IMG/VR virus record: IMGVR_UViG_3300008954_000020
Coordinates: 1 to 64,000 of that record
Reading direction: 5' to 3' (one strand)
DNA from: a virus
DNA: 64,000 nucleotides
The notes under the pieces are model-generated. The model saw nothing but the letters and a program-made list of their open reading frames with translations. It was not told where the DNA came from and ran no database searches. This document shows positions 48,000 through 58,703 of the stretch, one piece after another; position 1 is the stretch's first letter, and every line of letters begins with the position of its first letter. The translations under genes and the position numbers were made by a program.

Positions 48000-48656
48000 T
48001 CAATATCCTGAAAGAGTTGTTACAGAATATGTATCGTACTGAAACGAAACATTGGATGTAACGGGGTCTGATGTAGTATCAACACTACTAAATTCTATTT
48101 CACCCAGACTTATGGGGAATGCATTTTTAAAATCGATAACAATCTGTCCGTTTGATTGATTTGTTGTCACTACAACAGACAAATCAGAAAATCTATCGGC
48201 CGTTCGTACCATACCTGTTTTCTTACTTTCGTTTCTAACCGATAGTTGGTCGGTAGGAGTTATAGATGTCATCCAATGATATATTTCCAACCAGTTTGCC
48301 ATCTTTTCATCTACAACAAAATTTAATGTCAAGTTTTCAAATGATGCTTTGCCGCCAGGCATATGAATATCACTAAATGGGGAATCTTGTGTGATAGAAT
48401 CAATTGATATTGTGGGAAGACTTAATGATTGACAGAAAAAGGTTAAATGAGGGGCTCTCCCTAGAACAAATTTATAAGATGTAGGAAGAAGTTGATTTGT
48501 TGTTTTTGGTTGACGAGACTGGGCATTGAGTTCGAGTCCACCTTGACCAGAAATATTATATTCAATTGCTCCAGAATATGTTACACCTGTAGCGGTATCT
48601 GTAATAACATTTCCCTGATTTTCACCAGTTCCACCTTGGGTTACTGTTTGTACCAT
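48000..48656 (-). CDS. gp3: Tail completion/terminator protein (gp3-like)
   Basis: FFCQS..LP, FVVDE..NW, AFPISL; follows gp23. CATACATA at 48680-48687. Confidence 0.8.
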   Translation of the reverse strand: MVQTVTQGGTGENQGNVITDTATGVTYSGAIEYNISGQGGLELNAQSRQPKTTNQLLPTSYKFVLGRAPHLTFFCQSLSLPTISIDSITQDSPFSDIHMPGGKASFENLTLNFVVDEKMANWLEIYHWMTSITPTDQLSVRNESKKTGMVRTADRFSDLSVVVTTNQSNGQIVIDFKNAFPISLGEIEFSSVDTTSDPVTSNVSFQYDTYSVTTLSGY

Positions 48657-48696
48657 AGTGATATCTCCATGTTCATTAGTATGTATGTCCCAAATA

Positions 48697-48726
48697 AAAC
48701 AGGGGTTCCCGAAGGAACCCCTGTTT
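48697..48726 (-). terminator. Intrinsic terminator with C(UUCG)G loop after gp23
   Basis: AAACAGGGGTTCC-TTCG-GGAACCCCTGTTT followed by TATTT. Confidence 0.92.
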
Positions 48727-48751
48727 GTTAAGGTTTAATTAACTACTGGAA

Positions 48752-50227
48752 TCAGGAATCAGTACCATGAAGGTTATTGATTTTGAATACTCTGTAGTAT
48801 TGGTTGATACGAGCAGCAGCTGAAGCCTGTGGGTCGGAAGTAATCGCACCAGCGGCAGTAACCACGAATGGGTTATTTACCAGACCGTAACGAGTCTTGA
48901 ATCCGATTTTCGGCTGGAAGGTGTTCTCACCAACGGCACGAACCATTTGCAACGGAACATACGGGCAGTAGAACATACCAGCATCGTAAGGGGAACTTCC
49001 CTTATAACCGACACAACAGAAGTTCACTGAGGTAGCATATGGGTCAACATAGACCTTCATGTTACCAAGAGTACCGACCATAGTGTTGCCAGTGTCATCG
49101 ACATTCATGCCTGGGTCGAAACTAGGCGAGAAGTCAAGAACACCACTCATCGAAAGAGCAGAAGCGACATCTGCGGAACAGATGACGAAGTTACCCTTAC
49201 CACGGCGAGTGTCTTTAGCAATCTGGTTTGCTTCACGCTCGATTTGGAAGACCAAACCACGGAAGCGTTCTGCACTCCAACGGCCGTCAGAGTCAGCATC
49301 CACATCGTAGATACCACCATTACCACCAGATGAACCACCGATACCAGTTGCGGAACCAGCAGCAACAAGCATCGAAGCAAGGTCACTGTGTTGAGCACCG
49401 AGTTTTGCACCAGCATAGATGGTACGAACGACTTCACGGTTGATTTCAGCGAGAATTTCAGTGCTAAGAATATTAGCAAGTTCAGTCTCAGCGTCAAGTC
49501 CATGAACAGCCTTGAGGTCTTGTGCGAGTTCAGTAGTGTACTCAGCTTTGAGGGCACGACTCTTCGCAGTAACGGCTGTCTTCTCGATTGAGAATGTCAT
49601 TTCTTGGAATTGCGTAGTTGCAGAACCAAGAGTTTCAGCAGTAGCAGTGGTCATTCGTGTACCAACAGCATCCGCACTCATATCAGAACCATCTGCATGG
49701 AAGATTGAGTCAACAGCGGAACCGAAGATGTCTGCGTTAGAAGCAGTTACACCTGCGGAACTTGAAGTTGCGGCTTGACCTGCATATCCGATACGAGCTT
49801 CGTTGAACATTGCTTCGTTGTCAGAAGTGCCGCCACCAGCGACTGAGTAGTTACTCTTGAGAGCAAAGATAAGACCAGTAGGGCCTGTCATTGGTTGGAC
49901 ACCGCAAACATCGTATGCCATAAGATTGGGCATTGCTCGGCGAACGAGCGAGATGAGAACAGGGTCAAAACCCTTACGGGTGCTATTGTCTGCTGAACTT
50001 GATACTGCAGCGAGTTGTCCACCGAGGTCACCTGATGTTACAGTTGTTTCGTGAAGGGGTTGAAGAGATTCGCCAGCTTCTTCACGAAGAGCACGCTCTT
50101 CGTTTTCAAGAAGAATGGCAGTTACATTCTTACGATAAGTATCCTTGATCGCCGGTAATTCGGGGTGTTCAAGAATCGGCTGCCACTTATTTTTGACAGC
50201 TTCTGATAATGCTTGTACATTGTCCAT
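48752..50227 (-). CDS. gp23: Major capsid protein (gp23)
   Basis: GVQPMTGPTG, SRALKAEY, ELAQDLKAVHG, FYCPYVPL, KTRYG. TATACATA at 50253-50260. Confidence 0.97.
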   Translation of the reverse strand: MDNVQALSEAVKNKWQPILEHPELPAIKDTYRKNVTAILLENEERALREEAGESLQPLHETTVTSGDLGGQLAAVSSSADNSTRKGFDPVLISLVRRAMPNLMAYDVCGVQPMTGPTGLIFALKSNYSVAGGGTSDNEAMFNEARIGYAGQAATSSSAGVTASNADIFGSAVDSIFHADGSDMSADAVGTRMTTATAETLGSATTQFQEMTFSIEKTAVTAKSRALKAEYTTELAQDLKAVHGLDAETELANILSTEILAEINREVVRTIYAGAKLGAQHSDLASMLVAAGSATGIGGSSGGNGGIYDVDADSDGRWSAERFRGLVFQIEREANQIAKDTRRGKGNFVICSADVASALSMSGVLDFSPSFDPGMNVDDTGNTMVGTLGNMKVYVDPYATSVNFCCVGYKGSSPYDAGMFYCPYVPLQMVRAVGENTFQPKIGFKTRYGLVNNPFVVTAAGAITSDPQASAAARINQYYRVFKINNLHGTDS

Positions 50228-50262
50228 TAATAGACTCCTTTTTAATCTAATCTATGTATAAA

Positions 50263-51417
50263 TTAGAGTTTCTTGATTTGATCTGAGATGGCAGTTGCAT
50301 ACCTGTCCATCACACTATTCCCCGAAGGTGTAGCAGATACAGCAGTATTTTCTTCTACTTCTGAATCTTCCGTAACAACAGAAACAGCATCACTGAAGTA
50401 ACTTTCACGGAGAACCGTTAACTTCTCTTTATACTGTTCCTCTGTTTCAAATTCAATACCTTCGGAGAGGGCATTGAACTTTTCAATTTCTGTATCAACA
50501 AGTCCCTTTGAAACTTCAGCAAAGATTTCAACACATCGTGCTTCAATCAATCCTTTTCGGAGTTCCACATTCTTTTCTAGGGAATCGTTTAAATGTCCTT
50601 CTAATTCTGAAACTTTACCAACGAGTTCTTCGAGAAGATCAGTCTTCTCATCAGGAACGCTGATATAATGAGACTCAAAGAGTCCATGAAGTCCAGTAAG
50701 GAAACTTTCTGCGAGTTCACTCTTAATGCCAAGTTCGAGAGCGAGTTCATTTTCTTTCATCCACTCTTCTACGACATAACCGAGATAATCATCGAGTTTC
50801 TTAGAGAGCTCTTCTTTGGTAGTTTCGATGGCCTCATCGAGCTTCTCTGCGTACTCTGTATGTAATTCTTCATTGATTGCGTTGACTCGTTCTGAAACGG
50901 CTGCTTCAAAGATAGTAGTTGCCTTGGTTCTAAACTCTTCAGAAAGTTCTTCACCACCGAAGATAGCATCAACATGCTCCTTCATCTTGGGAGTATCAAT
51001 TTTTCCTGAAGCATCAGATGCAGACATCTTAGGTTCTTTCATTTTCTTCTTGCCTTTTGGAGGTTCGGTTGCTTTGGCGCCGGGCACTTCAGCATCGTCA
51101 ACATCGATAATAGTTTCAGCCTCTTCGAGTTCGTCCTCGTTTTTGGGTTGTCCACTATGAACATCAATTTCATCAATTTTTGCTTCGTTTGCGAGGCCAG
51201 ATTCTTTCTTAAGAAGTTCTTTGATTTCCTCTTCGGTCATCTTTGCCATCTTTTCAAGAGTTTCTTTAATATCAGACTCCTCGGCTTCCCGAGCGGTCAT
51301 CATTTCACGCACTTTTTCCATTTCTTTAGTCATAGTTTTACTTTCCTCGACATTTTTTGTCTTAACCCGCTCAAGGATGTCTTTTGCGGTTTGGATTGGA
51401 TCGTTTGTATTGGCCAT
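50263..51417 (-). CDS. gp22: Prohead core scaffold (gp22)
   Basis: LSEEF..KATTIFEAAV, YVVEEW, acidic coiled coil. Confidence 0.9.
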   Translation of the reverse strand: MANTNDPIQTAKDILERVKTKNVEESKTMTKEMEKVREMMTAREAEESDIKETLEKMAKMTEEEIKELLKKESGLANEAKIDEIDVHSGQPKNEDELEEAETIIDVDDAEVPGAKATEPPKGKKKMKEPKMSASDASGKIDTPKMKEHVDAIFGGEELSEEFRTKATTIFEAAVSERVNAINEELHTEYAEKLDEAIETTKEELSKKLDDYLGYVVEEWMKENELALELGIKSELAESFLTGLHGLFESHYISVPDEKTDLLEELVGKVSELEGHLNDSLEKNVELRKGLIEARCVEIFAEVSKGLVDTEIEKFNALSEGIEFETEEQYKEKLTVLRESYFSDAVSVVTEDSEVEENTAVSATPSGNSVMDRYATAISDQIKKL

Positions 51418-51451
51418 CGATTGAGCTCCTTTTAGTGTCCTATCTAGTACT

Positions 51452-51459
51452 TATTTATA
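51452..51459 (-). promoter_or_regulatory. Late promoter TATAAATA
   Basis: Exact consensus upstream of gp22. Confidence 0.8.
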
Positions 51460-51462
51460 ATT

Positions 51463-52113
51463 TCAAATATTTCGAAGTCTATTTAAGAAATTCTCAAAAG
51501 CATTTATCTTCGCTTCTTGTAGTTCTCGGGCAGATGCCGATTCAATAGACCTTTTATATTCTTCAATTTCAACTGCTTTAATGATACCATTTTCCCAAAT
51601 CCATTCTCGTCCCTCCATAACACCTTCTACAAAAGCGTCAGGAGCAGACGGGTCAGAAACGATATCTACAGCCGCAAGCATGAAATCTTTTTGGACTTCA
51701 TTAATTCCATTCTTATTTTTTAGTGATCCCATTCCACGGGATGAAACACCTAAATTAGTACCTTCGTCAATTAAATTCTTGACGATTTTTCCATATGGTG
51801 TGTCCATGATTTTTGCTTTACCAAGGACATCAGTTCCTTCAACACGAAGTTCTTTAATAAGGTGAGATACTCGTTCTAAATTTACCGTTGGGCCTTCGGG
51901 ATGACCAAGTTCACCCATTGCTCTATTTTTATCCACATATTCTTTAACATACCGACCAACTTCTTTCATTAATGTGTCTTTTGGATATACACGACCATTT
52001 TTGTTCTTCTTTTCGGCCTGCATAAAAACACCCTCGATGAAGTATTCTTTCTTTCCGTTAGAATCTTCACAGATGAGTTGAACATTTTCAATTGTTTCGG
52101 TTATAAGTTTCAT
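51463..52113 (-). CDS. gp21: Prohead protease (gp21)
   Basis: NKNGRVYP, GELGHP, GVSSRG, DPSAP. Confidence 0.95.
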   Translation of the reverse strand: MKLITETIENVQLICEDSNGKKEYFIEGVFMQAEKKNKNGRVYPKDTLMKEVGRYVKEYVDKNRAMGELGHPEGPTVNLERVSHLIKELRVEGTDVLGKAKIMDTPYGKIVKNLIDEGTNLGVSSRGMGSLKNKNGINEVQKDFMLAAVDIVSDPSAPDAFVEGVMEGREWIWENGIIKAVEIEEYKRSIESASARELQEAKINAFENFLNRLRNI

Positions 52114-52418
52114 CAGTCTTCTTCGTTATCGCCTTTCCATTCTTTATCGACATAATTGAAGAATTCTTTCTTCTTTTCTTCGTCTTCGAATTCATCAGGA
52201 GATGAAACACCAAACTTATCTAAAGCCTTTTTAAAGAACTTTTGATATTCGGTTTCTTCTTCTACTTCTTCGTCCTTCTTTTCTAAAAGACGGAAACTTT
52301 CTTTCAGGTCATTGATTCTTACATCAACTTTTTCAAGAAGACATTGGTTGATCATCTCACGGGCTTCAGAGAGTTCATCAAGACTGACGGCATTAATGAT
52401 TGCTTTTTGTTTAAACAT
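52113..52418 (-). CDS. Prohead core protein (gp67/68 position)
   Basis: Acidic; TATAAATA at 52446-52453 supports a start at 52418. Confidence 0.6.
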   Translation of the reverse strand: MFKQKAIINAVSLDELSEAREMINQCLLEKVDVRINDLKESFRLLEKKDEEVEEETEYQKFFKKALDKFGVSSPDEFEDEEKKKEFFNYVDKEWKGDNEED

Positions 52419-52431
52419 GTGTAGTTCCCTT

Positions 52432-52905
52432 TTAGGTTTCATCCTTATTTATATTTTTCTCGTCTTCGGACGATTTTTCTTCATCTTTTTTCACGGGTTC
52501 TTTTTCCTTCAGAGTAGAAACATATTGTTTTGCTTGTTTTTCAGCAACTTTGGGGCCAGGGAATAGTTCCCACCTTTTTCCATCAACATGAACTACAATA
52601 GGTTTTGTTGGGCCTAATCCCAATTTCTTTAATGTAATTTCATGTCCTTCATGTTCAATTGTTTTAAGAAAATATTCTTTTGACATTGCGGGGTCAGCAA
52701 GGAGAGAATCATCTGCTCCACCGTCAATTTGAGGGCCTGCCTCTGCTTCTTCCTCTTGTTCGTGAACACTTTGCATAATAGAAGATTTCTTTTCTTCTAC
52801 TTTGTCAACAATTAATTCACAGATTCTCTGCTCAAAGTCTTGTTTAAACCGAGTGATATCTCCAGATTCCAGTGAATCAACCATGTTAGATGAGTGAATA
52901 GTCAT
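52432..52905 (-). CDS. Prohead core protein (gp67-like position)
   Basis: Directly after gp20; acidic helical N-terminus. Confidence 0.55.
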   Translation of the reverse strand: MTIHSSNMVDSLESGDITRFKQDFEQRICELIVDKVEEKKSSIMQSVHEQEEEAEAGPQIDGGADDSLLADPAMSKEYFLKTIEHEGHEITLKKLGLGPTKPIVVHVDGKRWELFPGPKVAEKQAKQYVSTLKEKEPVKKDEEKSSEDEKNINKDET

Positions 52906-54434
52906 TAATACATCTCCGATGCGGCGTCGTTATACATTCCTTCTTCACGCTCACGAGCAATTTGCCTGTCCATTTCTTTAACTTCTTCGTCAGTTTGTCG
53001 GAGAAGATTTTTACGAACAAATTCCAATGAATAGTACTTACCTATGTATTCAGATGCGGTTTCTAAAATGTCAAAACGATCTCTTAAAATTTCAGTTTCT
53101 TTGGATTCTGCAAAATAAGAGTCTTTTAAATATTTAAATTGAATGTCTTGTCGGATAGCAGTAAAATCTTCTTCCTTCATTACACCCTTTAAAAGAAGTT
53201 GTGATCGTAAAGTTTCAATGAAGAGTAGTGAAAATCTATTTCTCAGTCTATCAATAAACTTAGAAAATTTAAGTTCATCACGACTAATTTCAGAAGCACG
53301 GCCCATATTGAATCCGTTATCTGCTTCTAATCTTGTGGATGGAACATCTAATGCTCTATAAAGTTTCTTTTGGAAGTATTCAACATCTTCCATTTCACCA
53401 AGGTTTTGACCACCATCAAGTGTAGAAATTTCTGTACCTTTACCACCTTCTCTTCGTGGTAACCAGAAATCTTCAAGCATGGACATGTGATTAGCATCAT
53501 CTGCAATTTCACCAGTGTTTGCATTATACACCAGTTTATTACGATAACGATTCATAATATCACGAAGATATTGTTCTGCCTTCATCTTTGGAAGTGAACC
53601 AACATCGATATAGAATATTCGTCTTTCGGGAGCACGAGCAATTCTGTAGATAACAACAGAATCTTCAATCATTCTTAATTGATTAAGTGGTTTGATTGCT
53701 TTGTGTAGGTATCCAACAATTCTTTTATTCGGATAGTCATAAAGTCCTGAGTGGGTGTATATGATACTGTCGGGATAAATCTTAAGATTTGTTCCAAACC
53801 CTTCATATGGATTACCTTTATCATTAAAAATGTAATATTCAGAATGTCCTGTTATAAGCGATGTTTCACCTGAGGCACCACCTGGCCCTTTAAGAGACAT
53901 TTTATCTTTTTTAATCTCTTTAACTTTTCGAATTTTAGTTGGGTCGATAGGACGAAGTTCTTGAATACCTTTTTTTGGATGTTTTTCATCGATAATAGTG
54001 TGATAATATAGCCGACTATCAATATACCATTTTCGGAAAATCTCATCACCTCTCCGATTAAAATCTAAAAGGTGAAGAATTTTATCAAACTCTTCTGTCA
54101 TAGTCTCTTTGATATTATCAGAAAGTTCAACATCGTCTAAAACTAGTTGAACAGGTGGTTTTGATTCGGTTGTAATTACGGCTTCGTTAACAATATCGGC
54201 AACTGCAGCATCGACTTCGTGATGTAAAATCATCGAACGATATTTGATAATCATATCAATATCGTTTTTAATCGTTCCGTCTAGGTCAACATATTGACCA
54301 TAAAGACCGCCGGCTTCAATAAGAGCCGCACCATCATCTGCTTCTGGTGGAGCAAACGATTTAATAGGAGCAGTTGGGGCTTCTGGTTGTGTTTTATTTC
54401 TACTTACAGAAAAACCGAAAAAGTTAATTGCCAT
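52905..54434 (-). CDS. gp20: Portal protein (gp20)
   Basis: YRIARAPERRIFYIDVG, EDFWLPRREG, RDELKF. Confidence 0.97.
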   Translation of the reverse strand: MAINFFGFSVSRNKTQPEAPTAPIKSFAPPEADDGAALIEAGGLYGQYVDLDGTIKNDIDMIIKYRSMILHHEVDAAVADIVNEAVITTESKPPVQLVLDDVELSDNIKETMTEEFDKILHLLDFNRRGDEIFRKWYIDSRLYYHTIIDEKHPKKGIQELRPIDPTKIRKVKEIKKDKMSLKGPGGASGETSLITGHSEYYIFNDKGNPYEGFGTNLKIYPDSIIYTHSGLYDYPNKRIVGYLHKAIKPLNQLRMIEDSVVIYRIARAPERRIFYIDVGSLPKMKAEQYLRDIMNRYRNKLVYNANTGEIADDANHMSMLEDFWLPRREGGKGTEISTLDGGQNLGEMEDVEYFQKKLYRALDVPSTRLEADNGFNMGRASEISRDELKFSKFIDRLRNRFSLLFIETLRSQLLLKGVMKEEDFTAIRQDIQFKYLKDSYFAESKETEILRDRFDILETASEYIGKYYSLEFVRKNLLRQTDEEVKEMDRQIAREREEGMYNDAASEMY

Positions 54435-54471
54435 AATATAATATCCTTGATTTTACAAGACGGGGAATCCG

Positions 54472-55011
54472 TCAGTTAGTCGTATCAGACTCCCAATGGG
54501 AATACTCTAATGTCACTTCAAATTGTTCAATTTCTGCTGTAGCGTCATAACTTAATTCAATTGAACCGACCGATGAAGGCCAAACATTTTCGAAAGTATA
54601 ACTTTTGATTACATTTCCTTGTCCATCCAACTGGTCAACTGACGCTCTTTGGAAGAGGTCTGAGAAGACATTGTTGCCGGGAACTCGTTGAACATTACCA
54701 ACATGTGTGTTGATTGCATCCGACCAGTTTTCAAATGTATTACGAATATTAAAATCCGTGTCATTATAGACAGTTAAAGTCCATGCTTCAAAAGTTCTGT
54801 TGCCGGGAATTTTTAATGTTCTTCCACGGAAAGGAATTTCTCCCACTTCAATAGTCGAACCTGGCAAAGATGCCGACCGTGCTAAGAATTGAATCTCCTC
54901 GGCAGCATCTCCCTGTTGGTTAACTACGGCAGGAAAGAATACATTACAGCGGAAGAGGTTAGCACGAGCGCCTCCACCACGGAGTCTTCCTTTAAATTCA
55001 TCAATACGCAT
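54472..55011 (-). CDS. gp19: Tail tube protein (gp19)
   Basis: GARANLF, PFRGR, W.LTVYND.DF, WP. Confidence 0.93.
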   Translation of the reverse strand: MRIDEFKGRLRGGGARANLFRCNVFFPAVVNQQGDAAEEIQFLARSASLPGSTIEVGEIPFRGRTLKIPGNRTFEAWTLTVYNDTDFNIRNTFENWSDAINTHVGNVQRVPGNNVFSDLFQRASVDQLDGQGNVIKSYTFENVWPSSVGSIELSYDATAEIEQFEVTLEYSHWESDTTN

Positions 55012-55028
55012 AATTTCTCTCCTTTAAT

Positions 55029-56969
55029 TTAGCCTGTTAACTCTGAGAAGTCCACGCCAGTACGGGTTGCAATGAAGTTAAGTTGAATGAAGTTAATTGA
55101 ACGAGCAGGTTTCACATAAATGTCTGCAACAAACTCATTTCTATCTATAACCTCTCCAGTGTTGTTTGATTCGTCACACACAACTTTGAAGTCGGTGATA
55201 CCTCTTCGTCCTTGAATATCACGGAGGAAGGGTTCAACCATATTTCGGAATTGTGCTCGAGTGAATGAATCATTAAGTTCAAAGAGTTGGAATTTAGCAG
55301 CAGTTGCGATTGCCTTCTCAAGAACAATGAACAATCTACGAACATTAATTCGGTCGAATGCACTTGGTTTTACCTGAAGTGTTTTATCACCGAAGAGTAC
55401 AACACCTTGGCCGGGGAAGGAAACAACTGGGTTGACTCCTTCTTTATAAAGTGCATCACGATGTGCTTTTCTTGGATTGAATGAAAGTCGTGTGATTCTC
55501 TTGATTTGTCCTCTGTTGAATCCAGCAGGGGAGAACCAAGGGTCAGCAACTTCATCAGTCCTTACACAAAGTCCTGCAACATCACCATTAAGGGGAACAT
55601 TGCGGAAAACATCGTTGTAACGGTCGAATTGATATTTGTAACCACTATCAAGAACAGCATACGAAGAACTTCTGTTCAGTGTCGTGTTTCGATATGTGAT
55701 AACATTATCTTTTTGTGTGGTAGTGTTCAGAACATCAACAACATCTGATGACTGTGGTGAAAGGAATGCAACGCAATCTTTTCTCTTGTCGCAAACTTCG
55801 TCAATTAAGAATTGACCATTTGCGGCATTACCAGGCCCACCGAGTAGAAGTGAAACATCGACTGTTTCTGCATCTTTGAATAGGTCGTAACCTTGGTCAA
55901 CATCAAGAATATCATTGTTAATTGCAGCTGCGCCGTTGTCATCCACACCACCAGCAAGTGCTGAATAGTCTGCTGTGTCATTCGTTCCGAACACACTTCC
56001 ACCTGTCAGAGCAGAACCCCATGCGGTGTTGGTACTACCAACATGTCCACCCCAGTAGATGTACTTAGAAGCCTTGTTAAGTTTTTCTTTGTAGTAGTTG
56101 ACTCCACCTTGGTCTGTTCGTGCATTTGATGCCTTAGACATAAATGGCCACGCTTCAAGAACGGTTCCTTCTGTACCAGACCACTTACCATCTGCATCAT
56201 AGACAACTACATGAAGTTCATCGAGTGAAGTTGCATTGTTGTTCTTTGTTGACCAATCGGATGTGCCGGGAGCAGAGTCTACATTATTGTAGAATCCCCA
56301 CTTGCGAGTTACAGTTGCGCCAGCAGTTAGTGCTTTTGTTAGTGCAGGAGTGATAGTTGCGGTCGCTCCATGTGCAGCAGACGAAAGAGCAGTAACTTTT
56401 ACGGCATCATGTTCGCCTGTTGTAGCATCAACAATTACTAGAGCATCTCCAACCGACAGCGAGCCGGTCGAACCCAACCCAAGGTGGAGTGATGTTGCAC
56501 CGACTGATGCAGCTGCACATAAACCTTGAACACCCGAAAGTGAACTTGAGAATGCAGCAGAACTGTCACAGGTTGAAACCTTTAGACTGTTTCCTAGAAC
56601 GCCGGGATATTTAGCAACCCAATTGTTCGAAGTAAAGTTACTGATACTATCGTAGTGTTCATCGTTGTTGATTAATAGTCCTGCGGCATCACCAGCATTC
56701 TTTGCTGCTGCACCACATACACGGACTACTTGTAGATTATTTCCATAGGCAAGGAAATTTGCAGCGGTGAAGAAATATTCGTATGTGTCATCATTTGGAT
56801 CACCAAAGAGATCACGGAGATTTGCTTCACTATCCACAAGTATTCGTTGTTTGGCTGGCCCCCATTGGAATGCACCAGCAATACCGCCACTTGTAGTGGC
56901 CACTGCTGGGATTATGGTGGTCAGGTCAATTTCTTTTACATTTACGCCTGGGCTGACTTGGAATCCCAT
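55029..56969 (-). CDS. gp18: Contractile tail sheath (gp18)
   Basis: SPGV..KEID, WFSPAG.NRG, FDRINVRRLF, KPARSINFI. Confidence 0.96.
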   Translation of the reverse strand: MGFQVSPGVNVKEIDLTTIIPAVATTSGGIAGAFQWGPAKQRILVDSEANLRDLFGDPNDDTYEYFFTAANFLAYGNNLQVVRVCGAAAKNAGDAAGLLINNDEHYDSISNFTSNNWVAKYPGVLGNSLKVSTCDSSAAFSSSLSGVQGLCAAASVGATSLHLGLGSTGSLSVGDALVIVDATTGEHDAVKVTALSSAAHGATATITPALTKALTAGATVTRKWGFYNNVDSAPGTSDWSTKNNNATSLDELHVVVYDADGKWSGTEGTVLEAWPFMSKASNARTDQGGVNYYKEKLNKASKYIYWGGHVGSTNTAWGSALTGGSVFGTNDTADYSALAGGVDDNGAAAINNDILDVDQGYDLFKDAETVDVSLLLGGPGNAANGQFLIDEVCDKRKDCVAFLSPQSSDVVDVLNTTTQKDNVITYRNTTLNRSSSYAVLDSGYKYQFDRYNDVFRNVPLNGDVAGLCVRTDEVADPWFSPAGFNRGQIKRITRLSFNPRKAHRDALYKEGVNPVVSFPGQGVVLFGDKTLQVKPSAFDRINVRRLFIVLEKAIATAAKFQLFELNDSFTRAQFRNMVEPFLRDIQGRRGITDFKVVCDESNNTGEVIDRNEFVADIYVKPARSINFIQLNFIATRTGVDFSELTG

Positions 56970-57014
56970 ATTATCTCTCCTTAAAGTTAACTCGTCTGAG
57001 CGGGTGTTCAGAGA

Positions 57015-57022
57015 TATTTATA
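57015..57022 (-). promoter_or_regulatory. Late promoter TATAAATA
   Basis: Exact consensus upstream of gp18. Confidence 0.8.
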
Positions 57023-57041
57023 ATTTGCAACAATTCGACAT

Positions 57042-58703
57042 TTACCATTTAAAGTCATGGTCACGATCATCATCTTTGCTGATACCATACCATGCATCTC
57101 CATCAATATCTATGGTCGGCCCATTTTCCATATTAATGCCATCATCTATAAACCCGAATGGAGTTAACTCATCTTCTAATTTTTGTATTTTCTCTTGGAA
57201 TAGATTCTTTCTTAAATCAAAGTTAGTTAAATCTTTAAAGTATGATTGGGTTGTTAACCACCCAAAAAGAACCAATGTCATCATTAAATCGTCATGATGT
57301 CCTTTTTCTGCCTCATATGAATTGGCTTTTGCTACAAAGGAAACCATTTCTTCGATTGTATCAAAATCTTCAATAATTATTTTGTTTTCTTCTACCATAG
57401 ATTTTATGATAGAACATCCCAGTCTCTTGACTGCTTTTGTGGTTCTGACGCCCAATTGACTTTGTGCAGAGCCAAATCCGCCGTCAAGAGTTTGACCTTT
57501 TCTTCCACGAACAGATGTAACAAGAATATTATCATATTCTAGGTCGTGATGTAAGATATCTGCAACTTGGGCTCCAATATCATTAATTTCAATAAGTGCA
57601 TGTGCTGTATTGTATTTGTTTCCTACCATAAAGACAGCATTAGGCAAAACCATAGGAGACATTTTATTATTTTTGAAGGTACACACCACTCTATATGGAG
57701 TTTCGGTGATATCAACAACAACTATTGCATGATAATCAATTTCTTGTCCTCTTGAAACATCAACGCACATTACATATTGGTGGTCTTCTTTGGACTTTTC
57801 GTATATTTTAAGACCATCATCTGTTTTTTCAATTGGTGTCTTCCATGTTAGACACTTGAGTTTTTTGGGGTCAATAAGTGTTTGAGTACTACCAATGAAG
57901 TCACATTCAAATTCACATCGGAATTGTTCTTCGCTTGTATTGGCAATAGTTTGTTTCTTCCACTTTTCGTCCCGGCCGGGAACTTGATTCCAATGAACTT
58001 CTATCGGAATATATTCACTTCGTCCTTCTTCTGCATCAATCCACATCTTATAGAACATATTAAGTCCTTTAGGTGTTGATACGATTAGAACTTTGGTGTC
58101 TTTACCAGATGAAATTGTAGGATAAACCGAACTGAAGAATTCTTCAGCAACACCTGGCGGAACATATGCAAATTCGTCAAGGAAAATCATATTGAACGAA
58201 CCACCACGAACTGCACTAGATGAAGTCGCAGCAGCAATAACCTTGGAATGATTTTCTAATTCGATATTAGTTTTATTCCATTCTTCAATGCCCTGTTGCA
58301 ACCATTTGGGTAGATGTTCATATGCAAGTTTGAGTCGGGTTAAAAGTTCCCGTGCAGTTGCAAGTTTATTAGCAAGAATAGCAACATTCACTTCGGGATT
58401 AAATAAGATATAATGTAAAATGTATGCAACAACCGTTGTAGATTTGCCTGTTTGTCGGGGAAACTTGCAAATTACAAATCTATTATCATGAACTTTTGAT
58501 AATAAGTCTTCTTGGAAATCCCACGGTTCAAATTTTTGAAGCCCTTCATCAAGAGTAATAATTTTTACATATCTTTTAATGAAGTATAATGGGTCGGCCG
58601 CACATTTTAAATATTCCTCAACCTGTTTTTTAGTGAATTCTTGAGGAACATTTGAAGCCTTTAAATTGTGGTTACCAAGATAAAGATTACTCTTGTTTGC
58701 CAT
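57042..58703 (-). CDS. gp17: Terminase large subunit (gp17)
   Basis: RQTGKST, FLDEFA, STPKG, DVSRG, HDDL. Confidence 0.96.
   Translation of the reverse strand: MANKSNLYLGNHNLKASNVPQEFTKKQVEEYLKCAADPLYFIKRYVKIITLDEGLQKFEPWDFQEDLLSKVHDNRFVICKFPRQTGKSTTVVAYILHYILFNPEVNVAILANKLATARELLTRLKLAYEHLPKWLQQGIEEWNKTNIELENHSKVIAAATSSSAVRGGSFNMIFLDEFAYVPPGVAEEFFSSVYPTISSGKDTKVLIVSTPKGLNMFYKMWIDAEEGRSEYIPIEVHWNQVPGRDEKWKKQTIANTSEEQFRCEFECDFIGSTQTLIDPKKLKCLTWKTPIEKTDDGLKIYEKSKEDHQYVMCVDVSRGQEIDYHAIVVVDITETPYRVVCTFKNNKMSPMVLPNAVFMVGNKYNTAHALIEINDIGAQVADILHHDLEYDNILVTSVRGRKGQTLDGGFGSAQSQLGVRTTKAVKRLGCSIIKSMVEENKIIIEDFDTIEEMVSFVAKANSYEAEKGHHDDLMMTLVLFGWLTTQSYFKDLTNFDLRKNLFQEKIQKLEDELTPFGFIDDGINMENGPTIDIDGDAWYGISKDDDRDHDFKW

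Noticed and set aside
2946-58157. CCWGG or GATC avoidance
   Set aside because: Both sites occur repeatedly, and any partial depletion cannot be judged by eye.
3557-58703. Inteins, introns or homing endonucleases in nrdJ, gp41, gp43, uvsX, gp17
   Set aside because: All are normal length and uninterrupted, with no splice or endonuclease motifs seen.
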